Sequence record: HQ630627.1
DNA from: Pseudomonas phage PhiPA3
Length of the DNA: 64,000 nt
Reading direction: 5' to 3' (one strand)
How positions within the stretch are numbered: position 1 is the stretch's first letter; each line of letters opens with the position of its first letter. Position numbers and translations under genes: made by a program. Shown piece by piece: positions 30,452 through 40,167 of the stretch. Below the pieces are notes generated by a model. The model had not been told where the DNA came from. It saw nothing but the letters and a program-made list of their open reading frames with translations, and searched no databases.

Positions 30452-31582
30452 ATGTCGATTGAACTCGATCTGGATACACCGATTATTAAACAACCGATCG
30501 CTGAACCAGACTACAATAATGTTACTGCTGAAAAGCTGTCTGAACTCATGGAGACCTCTCCGGAGATTGCCGCTAAGATCATCGAACTGATGGGCAGTAA
30601 TGAGGCGTATGCTGAATACAAACACGCACTAAGACAAACTTTAAGCCTCGATGTGAGTACTGAGGATTTCAAAGAAGAGTTCGCCAAACTACTCGACCGA
30701 ATTCTGGCCTTCTTAAAAGCGATGGCTAAGGATCTGTTCGACGGTACCGCCGGGATGGCGTTGACCATGGAACGTATTATGTTGCGTGCTGATCGGCTGC
30801 AAACAGATGCGCGTTCGGTAGCACGTCGTGATAAAGCAACTACGTTCAAGATCAATACTCGAATACAGAACCTGTGTGTGCGTTATCGTCCTATCACTGA
30901 AGTGCAGGGATTGTTCTCCGCACTGCGTAATCTGGACATTGTGGCTCGTACCTACTACGAATTCCAGAACAGTCAAATGCTTTCGGCTAGCCTCCGTATT
31001 CCCAACGTTATTAACAACGAAGGAGAACTAGCAAATGTCATTGAAACAATTATGTCCGTTAATCCTGTCGGGATGGCTGCCAATAATCAGTTGTTCCGTC
31101 ATAGCGGATACCGTCATGAAAGTATCCACCTCCTTGGTAACCGCCAATTGGTCGTGGTTGACAAACGCCCTGACGGCGGTCAAGTCGATCGTCTCTTAGG
31201 GATTGAAGTAAAGCTGGATGATTCTGAACGAGATCCCCTACCATTACCAGAAGAGATCACGTTCCAACGATTCTCCACTTCCATTGAAGTATCTTTGCTG
31301 CGTCAGGTAGTAAAGACTGCTGAGATGCTTAACCGAGCTAATAACCTTTCCACTCGTCATCGCCGCCGCGATCGTATTAATCAATTGACTGCGATTGTGA
31401 ACAAAGTGCGCGATAATCTCCAGACTGATCAACTAAGGGATGTGAGTGAGGATAGCTATAGGCTCTTCGTTCGGGTAATTGAAGCTTATATTGACTGGCT
31501 AGCGAATCCATACCTGGGGTTCATGGCGTTGTGTGCACGCGATCTCACGGCCATTTTGAATGTCTGTGAAGCCAATATTTAG
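30452..31582 (+). CDS. hypothetical virion protein
   Basis: track ORF 30437 trimmed to ATG 30452 (MSIELD) after GGAG. Confidence 0.5.
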   Translation: MSIELDLDTPIIKQPIAEPDYNNVTAEKLSELMETSPEIAAKIIELMGSNEAYAEYKHALRQTLSLDVSTEDFKEEFAKLLDRILAFLKAMAKDLFDGTAGMALTMERIMLRADRLQTDARSVARRDKATTFKINTRIQNLCVRYRPITEVQGLFSALRNLDIVARTYYEFQNSQMLSASLRIPNVINNEGELANVIETIMSVNPVGMAANNQLFRHSGYRHESIHLLGNRQLVVVDKRPDGGQVDRLLGIEVKLDDSERDPLPLPEEITFQRFSTSIEVSLLRQVVKTAEMLNRANNLSTRHRRRDRINQLTAIVNKVRDNLQTDQLRDVSEDSYRLFVRVIEAYIDWLANPYLGFMALCARDLTAILNVCEANI

Positions 31583-31629
31583 ACCAATTATCTGAAACAC
31601 CGATTTAACCTGTACAGAAGGTATTCAAC

Positions 31630-34191
31630 ATGTTGAAAAGTCTGCACAAATACCTCGCCTCTGTCGAAGAATTCGACGAGACTGAAGGTACTCCGGCAGA
31701 GCCGCCCATGGCGGAAGAAGTGGATGCGACTGCGGTCACTACGTCTGCTGAACCGGAGGTTGATGTACAAGAGGCTGGGGACGATGTAGGTCAAGCTACC
31801 CCCACCGAAGAGATCGCTCCCGATGGCGATCTGGAAGTCGTAGAAGAGAAGCCTGTGGTTCCGGAGCCCATGGCTACTACAAACGAATCCACCGCCGTAG
31901 CAGAAGCTACTGCAATCGGAGAACAAAAACAGGCTGACGTCCAGAGTCTGGTAGACCAAGCTGAACAACTACAAGCCACATCCGCTGATATTGTCAGTGA
32001 GGCTGCTGCTGAAGTTGAAGAAGGCGCTACCGACATTAATGGCAATGGCATCACGGAAGATCAAGCCGAATCCAATTCCAACGCAGAGGCCCTGACAGCA
32101 GAAGCTGAAGCCGAAGCGGTACAGGCCGAGGAGACCCCGGTCGAAGTCGAAGGTGCTGATGATGCAGAAAGCGGCAACACTGAAGCCGAGGCCAGTGGAG
32201 ATGACGACGCCCCTACAACTGACGAAAATACAGATAGTGGGAGCGATGATCTCAGCGGTGATACTGATGTTGACCTTGGTGGGTCTGGCGACAATGTTGC
32301 CGCTACTGATGATACCGGTATTACTGAAACGGGGCCCGAAACTGAAGTGGGGGAACTGGGTGCAGGTGAAGGTGAATCCGACGACACTGATGTAGTCGAA
32401 GAAGCCGAAACAGAGCTAGAGAGCAACGATGAGTCTGATCTCTCTGAAGAAATCCCCGCTACCGACAGTGAACCTGTGGTAGAAGAAGTCGTAGAAGAAA
32501 ATGCTCCGACTGAAACCGAAGCACTCGTCAATAACGAGGGGGAAACCGAAGAAGAGGTAAATATTCCTCCAGAAGCCGAAGAGATTCCGGCTGAGGAACT
32601 CCCCGAGGGTGGTGATGTTGTTGAGACACCTGAAGAAATTGAGGAAGCTGCTGAAACAGCTGAAGATGTTTCTGATGATGTCGAAGAAGTTGAAGCTGCC
32701 AAAGCCGAAGCTGAAACCAATGCCCCCACCGAGATCGTTGATGAAATCGCTGAAGCGGCTGAGACAGTAGAAGAAGAGACTGGCGTTGACCCGCTGGATA
32801 CTCAAGCTTCTTTCGACGCAGTCGACGAAGCTGCTGCTGCTGAAAACAAAGATGAACCGGTCGTCGAGGAAGTCGAAGAACCGGCCATCGACGTAGAGGC
32901 TGGTGAAATCGAAGAGACTGATGAAGAAGCAGATCTCGATGAAGGCGAACTGGACATTCCAGACGTTGACACTGACACCACCGAAGAAGACGTGGCTGAG
33001 GCAGAAGCGGAAGCTGATGACATCGAACTGGAAGCAGATGAAGACGAGGCAAAAGCTATTGATGCGTCTCGCACTATTGCTGATCTGCAAAAGGAACAAA
33101 CTACGGTAGAAGAGTTCATCGAGCTTCTGAAGTTCGGTCTGGAAAGCGAGCAGTTCTCTATCCAAACTGTGATCCTTGCTCAAGATAAGCTTGACAAACT
33201 ACATGACGCCTTCGGTAAATATTCTCCGGGTATTCCTTCCATGGAAGACTATGGTAAGGATGATCTGGATAAGTATTACATGACGTCTCTGGAAAGCTTC
33301 CGAGGTTTCATCTCCAAGATCAATAACCTGCAACGGTCACTGCATGAGAAGGTTGAGCGTTGGTGGCATGGCGGCATCGTCACTAAAATCGATGCCCGTT
33401 CTAAAGCCATCAACAAAGATATCGACCTGGTTCTAACCAAACTCTCGGGTGCGTCTATCCAGGGTAAGGTATCGCTCAGCGGTTTGAACTCTGACCTGGC
33501 CACCCGTGACGGTGATCTGGTTAAAGCTGTCGCTGGCGATCTGCGTGTTATTTCGGAGATTGCTATCAAGGGTCTGAAAGACTCCGAACGGCTGCAAGCC
33601 AATATCATCGATATCCTGAACAAGACCGTTACTGAGGGTGGTGGTGATAAAACTACTAATCTGCTGCAACGTGCTCTGGCTATCAAACCTGCTCAGTTCC
33701 TGCCGATCGCATTCACGGCTGGTTCCATGTTGGGGGGCTGGGTTCTGGAATCGCGTGGGGTTATTGAAGGTGATTCCACAGGCAAGAAACTGCGTTCACT
33801 GGGTGATGTTGGTGTACCGGCCGTCAAGCGTACCAAAGTAGCTGACAAGGTTACTAAAGTAGAGCTTAGCAAAGCTGAACTGGCGCGCCTGCTGACTCTG
33901 GCTAAAGCATACGCTGCACTAGCTCAGAAACTGGCAGCCAGCGCTGGTATGAAGGCGGTTGATAGCTTTACCGAGAACCGCATCGTTCGTAACCGTGCAT
34001 TGGATACTGGCGCGCACGGTGGTGACGTAGTTACTCGTGCTTCGACTTGGAGTGACATCGGTGATATCGACGAACTTGCTGGAGCTCTGCTGAAGGTTTG
34101 TGCGTCGCACATTGAGGTCTACAAGTTCATTACGCAGCACTCTCTTGACGTAGCCTCCGGCATTGTCAAGCTGGCTCGTAAGGCCCTGTAA
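31630..34191 (+). CDS. 853-aa protein with ~450-aa poly-acidic (E/D/A/T) low-complexity region; C-terminal part related to inner-body-like family
   Basis: RBS AGAAGG; extreme Glu/Asp bias 31700-33050 causing several antisense shadow ORFs; C-terminal ...ASGIVKLARKAL resembles paralog C-termini. Confidence 0.55.
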   Translation: MLKSLHKYLASVEEFDETEGTPAEPPMAEEVDATAVTTSAEPEVDVQEAGDDVGQATPTEEIAPDGDLEVVEEKPVVPEPMATTNESTAVAEATAIGEQKQADVQSLVDQAEQLQATSADIVSEAAAEVEEGATDINGNGITEDQAESNSNAEALTAEAEAEAVQAEETPVEVEGADDAESGNTEAEASGDDDAPTTDENTDSGSDDLSGDTDVDLGGSGDNVAATDDTGITETGPETEVGELGAGEGESDDTDVVEEAETELESNDESDLSEEIPATDSEPVVEEVVEENAPTETEALVNNEGETEEEVNIPPEAEEIPAEELPEGGDVVETPEEIEEAAETAEDVSDDVEEVEAAKAEAETNAPTEIVDEIAEAAETVEEETGVDPLDTQASFDAVDEAAAAENKDEPVVEEVEEPAIDVEAGEIEETDEEADLDEGELDIPDVDTDTTEEDVAEAEAEADDIELEADEDEAKAIDASRTIADLQKEQTTVEEFIELLKFGLESEQFSIQTVILAQDKLDKLHDAFGKYSPGIPSMEDYGKDDLDKYYMTSLESFRGFISKINNLQRSLHEKVERWWHGGIVTKIDARSKAINKDIDLVLTKLSGASIQGKVSLSGLNSDLATRDGDLVKAVAGDLRVISEIAIKGLKDSERLQANIIDILNKTVTEGGGDKTTNLLQRALAIKPAQFLPIAFTAGSMLGGWVLESRGVIEGDSTGKKLRSLGDVGVPAVKRTKVADKVTKVELSKAELARLLTLAKAYAALAQKLAASAGMKAVDSFTENRIVRNRALDTGAHGGDVVTRASTWSDIGDIDELAGALLKVCASHIEVYKFITQHSLDVASGIVKLARKAL

Positions 34192-34202
34192 GACAACATA
34201 AT

Positions 34203-34234
34203 AGCCTCTCCGTAATGGAGAGGCTATTATGCCG
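34203..34234 (+). terminator. hairpin AGCCTCTCC-GTAA-TGGAGAGGCT + ATTATGCCGG
   Basis: hairpin+TTATGC; ATG of the box equals track start 34229 and is probably not a real start. Confidence 0.55.
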
Positions 34235-34267
34235 GATCTTATGATCTTAGAACTTGAGGTATATCTC

Positions 34268-35911
34268 ATGCCCTCAGCAACAGTCCCATTGCCGGACGTA
34301 TATGAAACAATTACCCGTAAGGTGGCTGTTGACGTCGTAAGGCAAGTCGCGCAGTACATGACCTTGCCGGAACAGACTGAAGTCTATTTACCGGGTCGCT
34401 CGGATACCGTTCCTATGAACGATGGCATGTTTGGTAATTGCTGTGATACAGCTAACGCCGTGCATTTCGATCCAGAGGAACGAGTTACTATTACTTACGA
34501 TGAAGTCGCTGAAGAGAACTTTACACTTTCTACAGCTGTAATGAACAACGAGAATTTCCCGGTGTTCTACGACGAAACTCGTGATGTTATTATGCGTCCA
34601 ATTCGTCGCTTCGTTGACTTTCGTATTGACTTTGAATATCAAGCTCCAAACGTAGTATTGGCTCAACGCTGGTTAGACGATCAACGCATTCGTTTAAGTT
34701 CGGGTGTGGGAGATCTGACGATGTCGTTGACCTACCATTACAACGTACCACCCGCTTTATTGGGATTGATGAAGGGTCTGTACGACACCATGCAGAACTC
34801 CTGCTGGCCGACAGAGTGGACCTTCCGCGAATGGATGGAAAAATATTGGGCCCAACCCCAAACCGAGATGACCACTTTGATCGGTACGCACCCCACTCTG
34901 ACCATTTATGAGCGTCAAGTGGATGTAGTGGGTCACTTTGACTTTATCAACTCTCCTGAGACTCCTCAGCAATCTAGTGATAAAGCTGGTGGCTACACAG
35001 TTAACTTCAGTTACATCTGTCGTTACGAGCGTCCAACGCATATTCGGGTTACTTACCCGATGATTATGCATCAATGTCCGATTCCGAAAGTCTTCCGTCC
35101 TAAACCGATTTATGAAAACTACCAGCAAGCTGATCGCAAGGTAACCAATCTACGGGGTTCACTGGAGAAAGCTCTGATTTTGATGCGCAGCCGCGGCGTG
35201 GATTACATCCAACATCCAGATACTGACGATTGGCATACCGATGATAAACCCATTCAACGCTTTACATTTTTTAATGGATTGCTTTGTTTGGATAAAGATG
35301 ATCCCACACAGCTACTGGATCTTTCTAAGCTAGGACGATTCACATTTACTGGTTGGTGGTTAGAGTTCTTCAAACAAGAAGGGGCACACGCAATCGCCGA
35401 TGGTTCGTTCTTTGAGTTTAGACTCTACCAGAACAACCAGAGAATTCGTGTACCTCTAACTATTGATCCGGGTACGTTGATTGTGCGTTCGACAATGCCT
35501 CTGGATCCACATCGGTATTATCACATACAGATCTCATTGGTGAAGAACCTCTACGCTATCAACGATAGATATTGGCGTTGTATTTCTCGTTACCCAACTT
35601 GCTGTTGGCAACTCTTCCATCTCTTTAACCTAGGGATTGGTAAGAGACCAATTGAGCAGATGGAACTTCTTGGTTTGTCTGGTCCTCGTCCTCCCGAAGG
35701 GGATTGTGGTGAGGAAGGTAAGACAGAATACGTGAAGGACATACCACATTTCCCACGCGGGATTGTGAAATGGGGCGATATCGCAGAGGCTCGTGATGAG
35801 CAGGATAAGAACATCATCGGTGGTCCTGGTGAATCGGGTTATGTAAACCAGAACACCTTTGGTCCAACTAATGTTCTATTTGCAAATATCATCTCTGAGC
35901 GTAAAAGTTAA
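34268..35911 (+). CDS. hypothetical virion protein
   Basis: ATG 34268 (MPSATVPL) in frame with track ORF 34229. Confidence 0.5.
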   Translation: MPSATVPLPDVYETITRKVAVDVVRQVAQYMTLPEQTEVYLPGRSDTVPMNDGMFGNCCDTANAVHFDPEERVTITYDEVAEENFTLSTAVMNNENFPVFYDETRDVIMRPIRRFVDFRIDFEYQAPNVVLAQRWLDDQRIRLSSGVGDLTMSLTYHYNVPPALLGLMKGLYDTMQNSCWPTEWTFREWMEKYWAQPQTEMTTLIGTHPTLTIYERQVDVVGHFDFINSPETPQQSSDKAGGYTVNFSYICRYERPTHIRVTYPMIMHQCPIPKVFRPKPIYENYQQADRKVTNLRGSLEKALILMRSRGVDYIQHPDTDDWHTDDKPIQRFTFFNGLLCLDKDDPTQLLDLSKLGRFTFTGWWLEFFKQEGAHAIADGSFFEFRLYQNNQRIRVPLTIDPGTLIVRSTMPLDPHRYYHIQISLVKNLYAINDRYWRCISRYPTCCWQLFHLFNLGIGKRPIEQMELLGLSGPRPPEGDCGEEGKTEYVKDIPHFPRGIVKWGDIAEARDEQDKNIIGGPGESGYVNQNTFGPTNVLFANIISERKS

Positions 35912-35929
35912 TAAGGAATAGGTGATTCA

Positions 35930-37348
35930 ATGTCACTCTTTGTTGAAGAGGAAGAACCACTTCCTAAGAACCCCGAAGTTGATCCGGTGGTACCTAAAGC
36001 CAGGCCAGATACTTTCCGTGGTATTGCGGTTGATACCAAGTTTATTCCACGCAGCTCTATGCTCAGGTGGATTAACGGTGCGAACTGGACCGGTACGTAC
36101 TTTGCACAGAAGCTTGACGAAACACAAGAGCCAACTCCATTGGCTCTACATCGTCAGCCTCCATACCAACAGTACATTCGAATCAACGGCATCAACATCA
36201 AGGTCAACCAGACGCTGGATATTTCCCAAGACGAGCGCATTCGCACATTCTCCGTTACGGCCACTGGTCACACCTATCCTGGTCTGACTGCTAACTACGG
36301 GGATATGTGGGTAGCCGATGTGGGAGATGGTCGGATTGGTTTATTCACTGTTACTTCTGCTCGTCGAGAAACATTCCTACGAGATTCAACTTACGCCATT
36401 GAACTGAAGATGGTCAGTTTCCTGACTCCACAACAAATGGAGGATTTGGAAAGGAAAACCATTCTAACGTATTACTGGTCGGCAAGTGCCCTAGGGGCCG
36501 GTTGTAATCCCTATGTAACTGAGCAGCAACAAGAAGACAGTAAGAACTTTGCCGCACTGCGTTCCGAAATCATTCGTCGATATATCACTGATTTCTACTC
36601 CAAGGAACACAGTACATTTCTGGTGCCCGATCAACTAGCTAAAACCTACGATCACTTTGTCACCAAGGCCATGCTAATGATGGTTGATACGCAGACTGAT
36701 GGTCGCATGCGTTTGGTGAAACTGTTGAACGTAATGTCGGAACCGGTGATGTCGCAACCTACTGTTTGGGATGCACTGGTGCGTCAGGATTCTGGTCGCT
36801 TCTGTGATAATACCGAACGTGCACATCTTGTGAATACGCGTATTTCCAGATGGCGTCCTGAATTACAGGCAATTGGTTTCTCGGGGATTGCTCGATTTGT
36901 ATTCCCAATTGATGCTCCGACAGATGTAGATTCGCAATACGACGGTGAAGACCGTGCACGACCAGAAGGTATTCCTTTCCATGAAGGACGTCCTCGTAGA
37001 CCTGAACCAGGTCCATGGCGTTCTCAGGAAGAACGTGATCTAGAATGGTTCAAACGTAAGCCACAACAATTGGTTGACGTAGCAACTGCCTGGAAGACAC
37101 CCTCCGACATTAAGCCTGTCGTAGTGGATGACTACTATGTATTCTCGCAATCATTCTACTACCAAACTCCAGTTACCCAATCTAAATTGGAACAGCTGGC
37201 TTGGCAGATGATCAACAATGAGCCTTTAAACGTTGACTCGCTTCGTGCAGTCACTAAATGTTGTTTGGGTTGGGATAACCTTGAAAGGTTCTATTACCAC
37301 CCGGTTTTGATTGCATTGCTGAAATACGCAGTGAGGATTGGTACATGA
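35930..37348 (+). CDS. hypothetical virion protein
   Basis: RBS AAGGAATAGG; 472 codons. Confidence 0.5.
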   Translation: MSLFVEEEEPLPKNPEVDPVVPKARPDTFRGIAVDTKFIPRSSMLRWINGANWTGTYFAQKLDETQEPTPLALHRQPPYQQYIRINGINIKVNQTLDISQDERIRTFSVTATGHTYPGLTANYGDMWVADVGDGRIGLFTVTSARRETFLRDSTYAIELKMVSFLTPQQMEDLERKTILTYYWSASALGAGCNPYVTEQQQEDSKNFAALRSEIIRRYITDFYSKEHSTFLVPDQLAKTYDHFVTKAMLMMVDTQTDGRMRLVKLLNVMSEPVMSQPTVWDALVRQDSGRFCDNTERAHLVNTRISRWRPELQAIGFSGIARFVFPIDAPTDVDSQYDGEDRARPEGIPFHEGRPRRPEPGPWRSQEERDLEWFKRKPQQLVDVATAWKTPSDIKPVVVDDYYVFSQSFYYQTPVTQSKLEQLAWQMINNEPLNVDSLRAVTKCCLGWDNLERFYYHPVLIALLKYAVRIGT

Positions 37349-37932
37349 ATATCAAGCTCTGTGATCGCCGAACTGCTGCATGGCGTCTATTTCATCTACA
37401 GTTTCCTGCCGTGGCTCCGTACATGGCAGGATTCTCAGCTGAGTACCTGCGTGACAACGCTATCAACGGTACGGGTGATAAATATGTAGACCGAGATAGG
37501 CAGAACGAACTCGTTCGTACAAGCCTAACAGCCGCGGCTATGGCCATGTTGATGGGTCAAGGTTACACCATTGGTTTGTTGAATTTCCAGGATTGCGTAC
37601 AAATTTACCATGACATCCAGCAGCACTTCGCTGACTGGCGTGATCAATGTGTATTTGGTGCGCATCCCAGTGGATTCCCGCCGATTGAAGACCTCCGTCT
37701 ATTTGAAGATCTGGCTTTAGAGGTCCATGGCCTGGCCAAAAAACTCGAACCAGCAGGGCGTAATTCCAGTCATGTCTTCGATAGCCTTTTGATGATGGCT
37801 CGCAAACGAAACCTCACTGCAACCAACCGATACTTCGATGGACTCCAAAAGAACGATGGGCAACTCAAGCCATACGTTTCTATAGTGGACGATATTGAAC
37901 GGTACGTAGTGGAGTCGCAAGATGTCCGTTGA
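37345..37932 (+). CDS. hypothetical protein
   Basis: ATGA overlap with upstream gene. Confidence 0.5.
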   Translation: MNIKLCDRRTAAWRLFHLQFPAVAPYMAGFSAEYLRDNAINGTGDKYVDRDRQNELVRTSLTAAAMAMLMGQGYTIGLLNFQDCVQIYHDIQQHFADWRDQCVFGAHPSGFPPIEDLRLFEDLALEVHGLAKKLEPAGRNSSHVFDSLLMMARKRNLTATNRYFDGLQKNDGQLKPYVSIVDDIERYVVESQDVR

Positions 37933-39307
37933 TAAAACGCTACTCATGCGTGAAGTGAATAATGTTATTCAGTCTGGTGATGGACATTACAACTTCCGCA
38001 TGGAGATAAAGATCCTTGCTAATAAGAAATGGATCACTCCAGTTCGGTTGGATCATTATCGCCTAGTGCGTGACTATTCATCTGGACAAGTGGGTGATGA
38101 TCGTACAGTAGAGTTCCTGATGAACTACGGGGACTTTGCCTACGACATCCTACCTTATCGTGATAACCTCATTGTGGAGTACACTGAAGTTCCGTTACGG
38201 GAAGTAAATTCTGCGCGGGACTGGGACAAGCGTTCGACTACGAAACGCTATCGGGGTATCCTCAACATGAGTGGTCAATCAAACCCTGCGTTATCTTCTA
38301 AGAACTCATTGCTGCAATCACGTGAAGCATTGAATCAGATCTCGATGATCCCCATTCAGATGCAGCTCGTAGATGAATTGACTTACCGTGTTATGATGGC
38401 GTCGTATGGCAACACATTTGTGAACATGACGACTAAAGACATGGTAATCGCATCACATCACGAGGTCTTTGCGGCATTGGGTGGCACGGATGATCAACGT
38501 TTATTGGGTTGGGATATTGCCGATGGCTGGAATCCAGATGTTCATTACCAGATCGGTTTGCCAGATGGTATCCGCTTAGCTGATATCCCTCGATTTCTAC
38601 AGAACGATGAAGGTGGAATTTACCCCACTGGGATGGGTCGATATATTCAGAATCAGATCTTCTACATGTATCCGTTGTTTGATACAACTAGATTCAATAA
38701 GAAGACTAGGGTTCTGAACCTGATCAATATTCCCAGTGACCGTTACGAAGGCGCTGAGAAGACGTATAAGAGCACTGACCGACATGTGACGGTGATAGCC
38801 ACCGGTAATGCATCTTCGCTCGATGACGGGCTTGCTACGGTCTTACAACAGGGTAATGGTGTTCGCTTTGGTAATGCTAACAACCTGTTGACAGATCAAG
38901 CTGTCACCAAAGACAACAAGATGTTAATGGACCGGGCATCTAACTTGTATGAAGTCAATATTGGAAATCTCCAAACTGGCTTTAACAACACCCGATGGGC
39001 AAATGAGCGGGTAACCGCCAACCCTTATAAACAGTATTCGATTATGGCACAACGCCAAGGCCAGCAATTGGATCTGGAATGGGTTAACGGTAATCCCGAT
39101 GAATTGTACCCTGGAATGCCAGTGAAGTTTTTTACCATATCTGGCGACACTGTAAAAATTTACCACGGTACCCTATTAGGTGTAGGTGAACAACGAACCG
39201 CTTCTGATGCGTCTCCAGTAGTCAATCGGCATGTCAGTAAGTGTCAGTTGTCCGTCTTTGTCAACCGGTTTGAAATCGTAGATGACACTATAAGCCCCAC
39301 CCCTTAA
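37922..39307 (+). CDS. hypothetical virion protein
   Basis: 461-codon ORF overlapping upstream stop. Confidence 0.5.
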   Translation: MSVDKTLLMREVNNVIQSGDGHYNFRMEIKILANKKWITPVRLDHYRLVRDYSSGQVGDDRTVEFLMNYGDFAYDILPYRDNLIVEYTEVPLREVNSARDWDKRSTTKRYRGILNMSGQSNPALSSKNSLLQSREALNQISMIPIQMQLVDELTYRVMMASYGNTFVNMTTKDMVIASHHEVFAALGGTDDQRLLGWDIADGWNPDVHYQIGLPDGIRLADIPRFLQNDEGGIYPTGMGRYIQNQIFYMYPLFDTTRFNKKTRVLNLINIPSDRYEGAEKTYKSTDRHVTVIATGNASSLDDGLATVLQQGNGVRFGNANNLLTDQAVTKDNKMLMDRASNLYEVNIGNLQTGFNNTRWANERVTANPYKQYSIMAQRQGQQLDLEWVNGNPDELYPGMPVKFFTISGDTVKIYHGTLLGVGEQRTASDASPVVNRHVSKCQLSVFVNRFEIVDDTISPTP

Positions 39308-39330
39308 GTGGGGTGGGTTTATACCAGGTG
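39293..39330 (+). terminator. hairpin CCCACCCC-TTAAGT-GGGGTGGG + TTTATACC (variant box)
   Basis: hairpin+box; box has TTATAC instead of TTATGC. Confidence 0.5.
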
Positions 39331-39336
39331 ACCACA

Positions 39337-39768
39337 ATGACAAACATTTATATAGCAATCGACCCGGCGTGGTCCTATGGGTTCCTAAGCGCGATATCTA
39401 ATCACATTACGTTAGATTTTAGCACGCAGAGCCGTCTCTACGAGCACGCGATGGATTTCATTCGTCTACGCCATAACTTCAACTGGAATCATGACGCTAT
39501 TGCTTTTAATACTGGTTATAACAGTATCATGATGGCGTTGCAAGAATATCCAATTGCTACGTCGTTCTTTGAGGGCATGTATCGGCAACTCTTCAATAAT
39601 TACCATCTTGCATTAAATAGCTTGGGTGGAGAGATTGCAAAGATAACAACCATTACCGATAGTGAAGGGCTGATTACCGGCATCGTCTGTCAGGTAGTGG
39701 AAACAATTCCACATATTCAAAGTGTTTTTAACCCTATATCACAGATGGGAATTAACTCCACCTGTTGA
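39337..39768 (+). CDS. hypothetical protein
   Basis: track ORF 39313 (GTG, inside hairpin) trimmed to ATG 39337 (MTNIYIAID). Confidence 0.5.
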   Translation: MTNIYIAIDPAWSYGFLSAISNHITLDFSTQSRLYEHAMDFIRLRHNFNWNHDAIAFNTGYNSIMMALQEYPIATSFFEGMYRQLFNNYHLALNSLGGEIAKITTITDSEGLITGIVCQVVETIPHIQSVFNPISQMGINSTC

Positions 39769-39778
39769 GGTATAAGGG

Positions 39779-39919
39779 ATGCAAAAGGTACAGCAAACTG
39801 AAGAACTGCTTCCTCGTGAACAGAAGCCTCAGGTGCCCAAGAGCCTCATCGACTTACCGCACCTGGTTGTAATCTTCGTGGTGGCTCTTGCGGTCACTAT
39901 CTATCACAACGGCTTTTGA
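39779..39919 (+). CDS. small single-TM protein (46 aa)
   Basis: hand-called: MQKVQQTEELLPREQKPQVPKSLIDLPHLVVIFVVALAVTIYHNGF; below track size cut-off. Confidence 0.4.
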   Translation: MQKVQQTEELLPREQKPQVPKSLIDLPHLVVIFVVALAVTIYHNGF

Positions 39920-39928
39920 GGTAGCAAT

Positions 39929-40099
39929 ATGTTCAACTTCTGGGATGATTCCAAAACCGAAGCAGAAAACGATCAGGCATCGAAGAAAGCTCGACATAAT
40001 AAGGATATCCTTCAGTTCCTGACCGCAGGCGTGGCGCTGGTGACAGGCGTTATTACCTGTGCTGTAGCGAGCAAAAAGTTGTTTGATGAAATGACTTAA
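39929..40099 (+). CDS. small single-TM protein (56 aa)
   Basis: hand-called: MFNFWDDSKTEAENDQASKKARHNKDILQFLTAGVALVTGVITCAVASKKLFDEMT; RBS GAGGTAGCAATATG. Confidence 0.4.
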   Translation: MFNFWDDSKTEAENDQASKKARHNKDILQFLTAGVALVTGVITCAVASKKLFDEMT

Positions 40100-40112
40100 T
40101 TTGGCGCTCAAT

Positions 40113-40145
40113 CTAATGAGTGGGTGATGTCCGCTCACTCATTAG
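40113..40145 (+). promoter_or_regulatory. 10-bp inverted repeat CTAATGAGTG...CACTCATTAG upstream of macro-domain gene
   Basis: perfect palindrome arms 22 nt before AGGAG RBS of 40168 gene. Confidence 0.35.
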
Positions 40146-40167
40146 ACAAGTTTAAGGAGCCATTTAA

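Noticed and set aside
32061-33183. Several long minus-strand ORFs (222, 255, 174 aa) opposite the poly-acidic region of 31630..34191
   Set aside because: The GAA/GAT-rich plus strand gives stop-free antisense frames (Ser/Phe-rich); artefacts.
34229-34231. ATG inside the TTATGC box used as start by ORF track (also 1028 and 39313 starts)
   Set aside because: Start lies within terminator hairpin or box and overlaps upstream gene; downstream ATG with RBS preferred.
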